DNA from: the human T2T-CHM13v2.0 reference genome, Homo sapiens
Assembly (NCBI RefSeq): GCF_009914755.1
Contig: NC_060948.1
Strand: one strand, 5' to 3'
Length of the DNA stretch: 64,000 nucleotides
Under the pieces are notes generated by a model, which made no database searches, had not been told where the DNA came from, and saw nothing but the letters and a program-made list of their open reading frames with translations. This document shows positions 54,480 through 64,000 of this stretch, piece after piece (position 1 is the stretch's first letter; each line of letters opens with the position of its first letter). Made by a program: the position numbers and the translations under genes.

Positions 54480-56230
54480 AGAAAGATCGGGGCGCGCTGG
54501 AAACCCCGCGTGAAGATGAAATGACTGTAGCTCCGTGCTGCTCCTCCAAACTCGGGAGCGGTATCCATGCACCCCTTTCCCGTGTGTGTGGGTTACGACG
54601 TGGGTGGGAGTGGTGAGGCAAGCCGCAAAAGTGGGGTAGAGCTGGTGGTTTTGCTTCTTCGGAAGCCTTTGAGTGTGGCCTGGACCTTAGATGGGGGTGC
54701 AGGGCGGTTTGCCGCTGCCACCCTCGGCACCATCTCTGAACTGCCCGCTTTTCCGGAGGAGCGGAAAAGTTGGAAGCCGAAAAGACAGGCGCCCGGAGCC
54801 CTGGTCTAGGTATCAGGTGATCCGGAGCCCTAGTCGGTGCCCACTAAGAACACCCCTTCTCCCATCGGGGGTTCGGAGGAGTGTTAAGCCTGCGGGTCTG
54901 CCAGTCCCTAAGGTAGGGATGGGGGAGGGGTCTGAGGAATCCGTTCCAATAGGCACACCATCCCCACAGCCCTAGAAAAGGCAACCACCACCCGCTCCTT
55001 CCTCCCGCACCATCCCATCTCAAGGCTCTCTGCTGACCCGGGCCGATTTCATCTGGTCTCTTCTCCCCCGCTTCCCACCTCCCAATTCCCGCGCAGCTCG
55101 GCTCCGTTCCCTCCCACTCCCCTAGGCGGAACTGAAAGCGAAGATCAGCCAAGAGCACAGTCGGAGGCGGCAGAGACGGTGGCGGGTGAGCTAGGGGCTG
55201 TGAGACGAAGCAGGGAGAGAGTGAACTTCAGCCCCGTCCCCTCCCCACTGCCACGGCTGGGGCAACCCAACCCGCGCCTGAAGCGGCTTGGCTTGACCTG
55301 CGGAAGCGCGGGCCGGGATGGCGTGGGGAGAGGGAGGTAGGTGCCACTGGGCTGCAGATGACGAGTGGGTTGGGGGCTTGCTGTGGGACAAGAGGTTCAG
55401 GTTCCGGCCTGCGCCTTCCACTCCGCGGTGGCGCTCTCTGCCTGCGGTTTTCCAGGAGGCCGATCTACCCCAGGGACACTCTCATCCTTCAGGCGGTCTC
55501 CTGGACGCCCTTTCCTCCCCTTGCCTCCCAGCCTGACCTGGCTCTTTCGCCCCTCGGAGAACCGGTAGGTTGGGGTCCCTCGGCGGGGGTCTAGTGAGCC
55601 GAGTCGCGAGCTTTGCGCCCCCGGTATCTAGGCCCCGTGCCGCGCGCAAATCCGGGCCCAGGCGTACAGTTCTGGAGCCTAGTCGCCGCCAGACACAGGG
55701 CCCTTTGTACCCGGAGGAGCGGGAGCGGGAGCGGGGGCGTCAGGGCAACCCTTGCACCCCAGAGGCCTGCCTAGGACCACCCTGGGAACAAATGTCTCGC
55801 TCGGAAAACGAGGTGAACCCGGAGGATGTCCTACGCATCATACCCCTCCCCTTCTTGAGAAGGCTTTTTCTTTTTTTCTTTTTTTTTCCCGGTTTCCTTT
55901 TCTCTGGCTTCTTCCACACCTTACCGCAGGTGTGGGCCTCTTTTCATGTATGTGCGGCTGCTATCTCGGGGATGCAGGGGAAGGCGGTGTAGGAGGCAGC
56001 GTGGAAGGGTACTAGGAGGTGGCGGCGGGATTTTGGGCCTGGTGATGTGCCCGAGCTTGCAGCTAGCTGGGGCACTGGGCCCCCAAGTCACGAATTCAGC
56101 CCAGGGCTTGGGCGAGACTGCCCGGAGCAAGGACGGAGGATCCAGATTTACCATTTGGACCCAAATTAAGAAATTTGGGGTGGGGGTTGGGTAGGGGTTT
56201 TGAAACTAAGCAGGTGACGTCCTTGCGAGC
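54480..56230. promoter_or_regulatory. NLGN4Y: CpG island / promoter of NLGN4Y
   Basis: abrupt rise in GC content and CpG density (CGCG, GCGC, GGGCGG) relative to the CpG-depleted remainder. Confidence 0.85.
55200..55336 (+). other. NLGN4Y: Alternative non-coding first exon (proximal, in CpG island); 5' boundary approximate
   Basis: GAGACGAAGCAGGGAGAGAGTGAACTTCAG... recalled as an NLGN4Y mRNA start; donor GAG|GTAGGT at 55336/55337. Confidence 0.6.
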
Positions 56231-57055
56231 TGAATCCACAAGGTGGTAGTATGGCTTATATTATTTTTATTTTATTATTTTATTTTATTTTTCTATTGTT
56301 CATTTTTTTTGTGTGTGGGGAGTGGGGGATGTTTTTTTCTCTGTGTACTCCAATCTTATGCTTTTTGAAGGCATCCATTGCCCGTAGGGTTTACATAAGA
56401 CCGCGTTGCATTATATTTTCTTAAAAGTGGGGTGGTGTGCATAAGCTTCCATTTCAGAATCAGTCGCTCCTGTGATGTGAGGGAGGCAAAAGCAAAGAAA
56501 AGGAAAAATAAACAAAATAAGAAGTTTAGGGAGACTTCATTATCCCCACGAAGCCGGAATTGCCAGTTTGTGTGGTCGTTCTGCGGGCAACATAGAAGTG
56601 CGTGTTTCAGAAATCCTTGGATAGCTTCTTTCTTCTCCAACTAGAAATTAAATGGCCAGGGTGCAAACACCTGACTTTGATGAAAACAAAGTGGCAGAAA
56701 CTACAAGAGACCTGATTGCTTTCAATGAACGCACTGAGCCTTTTCCTAGAGGATGGCAGAGCTGGGAGAAATCAGATCTCAAAGAAATCTACAGTTTTGT
56801 GAGGGCAGATTTGGAGAGTGGAGAATTATTTCATACCTTTAGTTGGCCCTGGTGAAGATGTTAGCAGTAATCCATCAAATCCTTAGCATAGATTTTCCTG
56901 TGGAAATGAGCAAAATGTTAAGGGGTTGGGGGATGGCTATATAGGAATTTCATGGAGACCTCTGCAAGGATGTATTTTCTCAGATTAGAAATCCGGTATT
57001 TTATTACACAATGCAATGAATGCATTCTACACACACATGCATTCCATATTTCTGT

Positions 57056-57225
57056 ATGTGTGTCTGTGTGTGTGTGTGTGTGTGTGTGTATGTAGTCTTT
57101 TTAAAGAGTATCTTTGACATGTAAAAACATAATCAGGGCCATTGTAGGAAGTGGAAAATTACTTCATCAGTTTTAAATCAGTGGATTAAAATCGGAGGCT
57201 TGATTTTGTGTGTGTGTGTGTGTGT
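57056..57225. repeat. Two (TG)n microsatellites (~57056-57092 and ~57208-57225)
   Basis: direct reading. Confidence 0.9.
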
Positions 57226-58992
57226 AACACTAGAATGATAATTGCATATTCATAATAATGTTTGTGCTTGGATACCATTTTAAAGTTGCTTTGATGTTTT
57301 CTGCTCTGGTGAAAGAATTTTTCTTTTCTTTGTGTTTTATTTAAATAAACTAATGCTTCATATACAGTAGGCCCTAAAACCAGTAACCTAGCTGATTTTT
57401 ACCCAAACCTAAGAATATAACAGATACTTGGTAAGGGACTAGTGGCTGCATAAGGTAGATAATTATGTTATCTTGATGCTGTAAAATTTACAAGCAGACT
57501 TGAAGGAATTTGAAAGTTCACAGTTTTGGGCCTGGAATGTAGACTAATGGTAAGCATACAGATTTGTTTTTAATTTGTGAATTTGGCTTTTTCATTTTTG
57601 TGTGTGTAGTAATTTGTGGAAAGCTTATAGTCTCTCCACAAAGACAGGAGCTTTTGACTGACTCGCCATCAGAGAATTGCTTTCACAAGTGCAGGGGTCT
57701 CTTTAAAATCTCTTTGGAATACTGTGCTTTTATTTCTACACCACAAAAAAGGATCTCACAAAAGTAAACATTCAAGTGCATGACCGAATGACCTTTTTTA
57801 AACATTCTTTCATTTTAATTGGTACTCCACACTTCAAACCTTTCCTAAAACTTTGAATATTGTCAATAATGCAAGTTGCTGAGCGAATATTGTGAATATT
57901 GCATTCAAATGAAGTAGCAATATAAAAATATTTTAAGTCATTTAATGTCCTCCTTCTGAAGACAGGCGTATGTGGTTAAAATATACTTAAATTCCAAATA
58001 TGGTGAGAGCCGGTCTTAGGATGTGAATGTCAAGTTTAAGCAACACAATTTTAGTTTGTAAACCAGAATGTATTCTTTCTATACTACTTTCTGATTTTTA
58101 ACAATATGTATTCTATTCCTAAATGGGAAAAATATGTTCAGTTGAGTTCAAATCCATTGCTGTTTTTTGTTTTTGTCTGAGTACTACACTTTTTCAGAGG
58201 AGAGTCTTCATCTCCTACTTAATTATGTGAATGGATTTTCAGACAGACTGTGCCTTCTGTATAGCCACCTTTTATTTCTTAAACCCCTGAGCTACAAGTT
58301 TTAAATCAAAGATACAGCTTTTGCCCAGTCATTTAGAGAAAGTGAGAATGGAAATTGAAGCCCAGGCCATTGAGGCAATTAGGTCATCTGCTGTGCCCTC
58401 TGCTACCATTCAGTCAATGAATATTTTACAGTTTCATCATTTTAATCTAAACAACCTACATTTGGACTTTGAAAGGCTCCACTGTTTTTTGTTAAGTGAA
58501 TGGCAGTGTAGGAAACCCTTCCTCATTTTTCTTGGGGCAGAGTGGCACACATGAATGAGAAAAAAAGAAGGCGATACCTCCTAGCAGTTTGTCATTGTGA
58601 CATTCATAGGCTTTGAATAAATGTGTAGATGAAAAGGCCTTCTCTCTGCAGGTGATTACATGAAATAAAAAATAAGTAAATAAAAGGCTCATAAAAACAC
58701 TACAGGAGTGGAAGGTTGATGGTGGAAAACAGCCTATCTACCTTGGGTTGAGATTTCAAACTTTAGACATTTTGTGTTGAGTTCACATGTCCCTGATGTA
58801 TGGGGAACACCTCCATATACCACATCTTCCCAAGGCATGCTCATCTTCCCAGAAATGGTACCTGAAGGAGAGCAGGCCTAACCCCAACAATATTTTTAAA
58901 AACTCTCTCTATATATGTAACTATATATATAGAGTAAAATCTGTATCTTACTGTATATTATATATATATAGTAATATATATTTTAATAAGGT

Positions 58993-59317
58993 TTGTATTT
59001 ATAAAGGAAAGAAGTTTAAATGACTCGCAGTTCAGCATGGCTGGAGAGGCCTCAAGAAACTTACAATTATGGGAAACGGGAAGCAAACACATCCTTCACA
59101 GGATGGCAGGAAGGAGATGAATGAGAACCAAGTGATTCATGGAAAGCCCCTTATAAAACGATCAGATCTTGTGAGAACTTACTATCATGAGAATGGCATG
59201 GAGGAAACTGCCCCTGTGATTCAATTATCTCCCACCACGTCCCTCCCATGACACATGGGGATTGTGGAGCCGCAATTCAAGATGAGGTTTGGGTGGGGAC
59301 ACAGTCAAATCATATCA
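58993..59317 (-). mobile_element. THE1 (B/D-like) MaLR LTR
   Basis: TTTATAAAGGAAAGAAGTTT...CAGATCTTGTGAGAACTTAC...GGGTGGGGACACAG...CATATCA. Confidence 0.85.
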
Positions 59318-60555
59318 TGAGGTTTTATTATTTAAGACAGGAAAAGAGTAATCGTCCATACTTTAGACGGGAGATGAAGTACAGTGAACATTCATAGTCC
59401 CATTGGTTGAAGAATACATTTCGAAGAGAGAAATGTTAATTTCATTATATTGCTAATGAAATGATCTAGGCTTTCACTGCTCTCTGGAAATGTGGAGAAG
59501 TGGCCCAGGATCTTGTTTGGGTTGTTCTATTTAAAATGTACATTACATAAAGAAATCATGATTTGTCAAAGTAACAGAGTGGTATTTTTGGCTTACAATG
59601 GGACTTTCTTAGCTCCACCTGTTAATATCGATGATCATTTTGGTTTTAAGAGGCCAGTATCTGATTGGATGATGAAAACCTGGATCTCAAAGCCATCACC
59701 CCAGACATGTGATTTTATTAACATCTGTGGGCATGTCTCCTGGCTCCCACATCAACCCTTCATCCAGGCTCATTTTCTCTGTTTTTGTTTGGTTGTTTGT
59801 ATGCTTTGGGTGGGGAAAGGGGACACATATTTTGCTAAGGGCACCTTTTTCAGTCATGAAACGTAGCCTGTCAATAAGCTGAAAAGGAACTTGAGTTGTT
59901 TCAAGTTGCATTAGGTAGTAAGTTTTTGGATCCTTTAAAAAAAAAAAGGACTGAGGTTACTAAAAGTGTTATTGGCACTGATAAAAGAGCCATGGTGACT
60001 TGTGGTTTGTTTTCACAAGGTGTGGAAAAGGCCTCCTTGGTTCTTTGATGATGGCTGTAGTGAAGTTGCATGCGGTGCCATTTTCCATGTTTAGTATTTC
60101 AACAACACCAATATGTGGCTCTGGAGTATGGGACGGGCAATTCCAAGAACTCAGTGAGGCATGCCATGTGACTCCAATGGTCAGTCAGAGCTGTTCAGCA
60201 TGGAACTATGGTCCCAAAAGCATGGGGGATGGGGGCAGAAGAAACTCATTGCAACTGAGTGTCTTTAACTTGTTCCAGTCCTCACTACTCTCTGTGAATA
60301 TAACTCTGTGAGTGGGTTAGGTGAGGAAACTCACAAAAGTAAATGCGTGTTTTCACAAACAAATTTTATCATTGTTAACTGTTTTCCTAAGTGAGACAAT
60401 ATGCCCTCATGCCCTGAAGCTACACTGTAAGAATGGCAGTATGTATGAGCAGGTGTATACACATACATGTGCACATATGCCAACACACTAACTAGGAACT
60501 AGTCCTTGCAGAAAATGTTTTTCTCAGCCATTCTAACACACTAGATAAAAGCAAG

Positions 60556-60644
60556 TATGTGTGTGTGTGTATATATATACACACACATATGTACATACAT
60601 GTATAAACACATATATGTACATATATATATATATATATATATAT
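60556..60644. repeat. (TG)n/(TA)n compound microsatellite
   Basis: direct reading. Confidence 0.9.
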
Positions 60645-60734
60645 CTGAAGGAAAAATATCATTTTTCATTAGTTACTTTCCTTTTTTTATTCCCATCATT
60701 CACCAAACCTATGTTATATTAAACAATCCATAAC

Positions 60735-60968
60735 ACCTGGCCTGGACAATAGAGTGAGACCCTAACTCCACAAAGAAACAAAAATTAAAAACAAAGTAGC
60801 TGGCACTAGGCAAGTACCTGTGGTTCCAACTGAGGTGGGAGGATCACTTGAACATAGGAGTTCATGGCTGCAGTGAGCTATAATTACACCACTGTACTCC
60901 AGCCTGAGAGACAGAGCAAGACCCTATCTCTAAAAAATATATATAAATAAAACATAAAAAATAAAAAT
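60735..60968 (+). mobile_element. 5'-truncated AluJ
   Basis: GAGGTGGGAGGATCACTTGA...GGCTGCAGTGAGCTAT...AGACCCTATCTC. Confidence 0.8.
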
Positions 60969-61839
60969 AGAAAATTTACAATGAAAGGTGTAAAGTTACC
61001 TATGATGGGCCTGGGTGTAATCTTCATTTAGGAGTGAATATATTCATTAAAGTGAGACCTAAGTAGTATAAAGTATGTGTTTAGGGACAGGTGCCCATTT
61101 TCTCTAGGTCTCCTGGAATATTTTTTTTCTAAATTGAGTTCTGATTCCAAAAAAGGTGTTATTGCCTATGCTTATGGTGAAACTATATGTGTGACAAAAT
61201 GCTACTCTGTCTTGTCCATCAATATTGTGCAATGTGGTATTCTTTCATGGAGCAATTGACAACTTTTACAGTGATCAAACTGGGCACTCTTTACTAAGGC
61301 TAAATTCATAACCCTTTTATCTGACTTTGTAGAAGATTCTCACCTTTATTTCTCTCGGTGCCCAAAGGCTGGCCTGAGAGACTGTTCCCATTGAAGCCTT
61401 ACAGAAAGCTTGTAGAGCATTGTAACAGCCCAGCTTCAGAAACCCAGCATTGACTTTCAATAAATATGAAGGAGTTTGAAGTCACAAATGTTGAGAACCT
61501 CATTATAGTCTCTTTATGAACTTGAGTCCCTCTCTTCCTGCAGACTTCCTTTGAACTCAAATTTAATGTGCACTACTTATTCACCCTTGTACTTATGGAA
61601 AAGCATTGACAATCCCAGGTAATAACTAGAGAAGAAGTGAGTGAATGCTAGAGGGTTTCTCATTTAGGTTGTTCACTCACCACTGTGCACAGGCTCTTTA
61701 GAAATCTACTTACACATGATGAGACTGTAAGCAGACTTATGTTTCTGAAGCATCAGTATACAGGTGTGCAGAAAGAAATGGGCTAGGTCACTTAACAGCT
61801 ACGAGTATAACTAAGATGGACAAAATAGTTTTATTTGCA

Positions 61840-62525
61840 GATTATATCTATAGAGCCTTCATCATCTATATCTATATCTATATATAAAATAGGGTGCATA
61901 TAAACATACACAGATCATAGATTATTCATTTCAGTTTCTACATACAATATGTAATTTATATACAATTGCATTTATGTGCATTTATATAATAGTATTTGTA
62001 TACAACTTCTATACTTGAATAAAACTGTCATCTTCAATAGCTGTTTAATATATATTTATTTCTAGATAGTTGTATTTATGTACATTTACATAATTGTATT
62101 TATATACAGTTTATATTACTGATGAAAGCCTTTATCACTTGCAAACTTACTTATACAAAATACAATTTATCTAAACATAAAATGTATTATATAAATATAA
62201 GTTATATATTAATATATAGCATATACAATAAGTCATAAATATATAATAAAAATGTGTTTTGTATACTTATTTATTATATATTGAGTATAACTCATTTAAA
62301 TACAATTTTTATATTATATAATGTATTATATATTGTGTAATAAATATAATTTATATATTGCTATTATATATACCTATTGTATATAAGATATAATAAAATC
62401 CATCTAAATCTATAATAAAATATGTATATATTTATGTTCTGTATATGTATTTTTCTTGCTTTTTATGTATTAAAAATACATACAAACTATATATGTAGTA
62501 TACTGCAAACTATATATATAGACAT
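61840..62525. repeat. AT-rich low-complexity tract
   Basis: degenerate TATA repeats. Confidence 0.8.
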
Positions 62526-63093
62526 GCATTTTCCAAAAGAAACTGTGTTATAGGTGGTGAGTGAACTTCTAGGCTGATTCACAGGAGCTATGGTTACTAT
62601 GCGTAGTGGTCCATGGAAACTACAACTTTACTTTCAAGTGGAGCATAAGAGCTATAAATGACTGTAATATGATAGCAAGCACATCATGGCACTCTGTGAA
62701 TCCTGAGAAATCGACCTTTCGTGTGTTTTGTGAACCAGTCAGGAAAGCTCATTTGAGTGGGAGGATGTGTCAAGCCATGTGTCTCTCCCACCGAGATGGA
62801 TAGACAACATCTGCTTATAGACTGAGAAACTACCTGAGGTTGTGTGGAAGTCATGACAAATTGGCAATGTCCTCAGTGTGTTCGGGGTGGGAGGTGGTGA
62901 TGTCCCTGGACCTATGCTTAGCTTTTATCCCTCTGTGGGACCAATTCTGTTGGCAAAATCACTTCTGTGGTCTTGCTCCAGATGAAAAATCAACATGGAA
63001 GGCTTAGGGGTTTAGTGCTCTAGTTAATGGCAAGAAAGAAAATCAGTGACTAAGATCAATTTATCCTTTTGTGCAAAACAGCTTTTTTATTGG

Positions 63094-63156
63094 AGGAGCT
63101 AGGTCTTATATAGAGCTAGCTCTTATATAGAGCAGGAGCTAGCTCTTATATAGAGC
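63094..63156. repeat. Short palindromic minisatellite (GAGCTAGCTCTTATATA-type unit, ~3 copies)
   Basis: GAGCTAGGTCTTATATA GAGCTAGCTCTTATATA GAGCAG GAGCTAGCTCTTATATA GAGC. Confidence 0.85.
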
Positions 63157-63394
63157 CACCTAGTATGTTCTTTCATTTGTCATTTTTATTGATCATCTAC
63201 TATATGCCAGATACAGGCCAGAAAGCAAATTCTGAGCTGGTAATGGAGAGGCAAAATAGGCCATCCCTGTACTCTAAAAAATCCTGCCTATGTGTGGATG
63301 TTCACAAGAACGTTGTTAAGATTTTTAGTTCAGGTATGGATTACTTTCTTTCATTTTTGTTGTATACATTACATTTTTTTTCTTTCATCCTCAT

Positions 63395-63556
63395 ACCTCT
63401 CTCCTTCCCTTCCTTCCTTCTTCCCTTACTTCCCTCCCTCCTTCCTTCTTTTTCTCTATTTTCCTTCCTTTTTTTCTCTCCCTCCTTCCCTCCCTCCATC
63501 CTTCTTTCCTTCCTTCCTTCCTTCTTTCCTTCCTTTCTTCTTCCCTCTTTCCTTTA
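63395..63556. repeat. (CCTT)n/(CTTT)n pyrimidine tract
   Basis: direct reading. Confidence 0.9.
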
Positions 63557-64000
63557 TGCTATTTGGATGAGTGATAAAATCTCAAGGGTCCTTAAAATAT
63601 TAAAGGGAAAATGAAGATAATTCTATTGAAGAACAGATCAAATAGGAAAGAGTAATGAAAAGAAAGCTTCCTGGAATGAGAAATTAGCATGTTCTTTACA
63701 ATTTAATAGAATTTTTCATATACTATATTTGTATAGCTGGTTAGATTTTAAAACTTTGTCAAACCCTACATTTATAAAACCTTAGTTTTCATTTTAGTAA
63801 GTTATATGGATGAATGCACACATAAAGCAGATTACCTTGATTCAACAAAAACATTCAAATATTAGTGATCCTTTTTTTTTAACATATGGTAGTGGAAACA
63901 GCTTGATTAATTTATGGCTATTTCCTACATACTTTTTAAAATCAATAAGCAACAGTCAGATATTTCAGCATTTTTAAGGCATGAACAGTACCTTGAATTG

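Noticed and set aside
53964-54572. 202-aa minus-strand ORF and the 100-140-aa ORFs in the CpG island
   Set aside because: They cross (TA)/(CA) repeats or reflect low stop-codon frequency in GC-rich DNA; no neuroligin or other domain is recognisable.
53260-56230. Calling the gene NLGN4X
   Set aside because: The sequence differs at several positions from the NLGN4X 5' UTR as I recall it, and the + orientation fits NLGN4Y; this rests on memory and should be confirmed by BLAT.

Overview
Human (hominid) genomic DNA. It carries human-specific AluYa5 and AluYb8 insertions and is mostly transposon-derived; I found no intact protein-coding exon. The last ~11 kb holds a CpG-island promoter with alternative non-coding first exons. 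I recognise these from memory as the 5' end of NLGN4Y (the Y gametolog of NLGN4X), which would place the window on the X-degenerate Y; this needs BLAT confirmation. About 8.7 kb upstream of the first exon, in the same orientation, is an 8.4-kb two-LTR ERV9/HERV9 (LTR12) provirus (36142-44551). It has a CCTG target-site duplication (TSD), a tRNA-Arg primer-binding site, decayed gag/pro/RT/RNaseH, no integrase and an env TM remnant, and it is inserted inside an old Alu. Its two LTRs have decayed asymmetrically. The 5' LTR lost its core-promoter motifs but kept its poly(A) signal. The 3' LTR kept CCAAT/GATA/TATA-like motifs but lost its poly(A) signal, which predicts read-through toward NLGN4Y (hypothesis). 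Other items: solo LTR7 and LTR12, a consensus-perfect AluYa5 with an (AT)22 born inside its TSD, an AluYd-type element, nested MLT1/MER2/MER1 elements, a twin-primed L1, inverted Alu pairs and AT-rich palindromes. I see no evidence of a wholly new biological system. Repeat family calls are by eye and boundaries are approximate unless a TSD is quoted.
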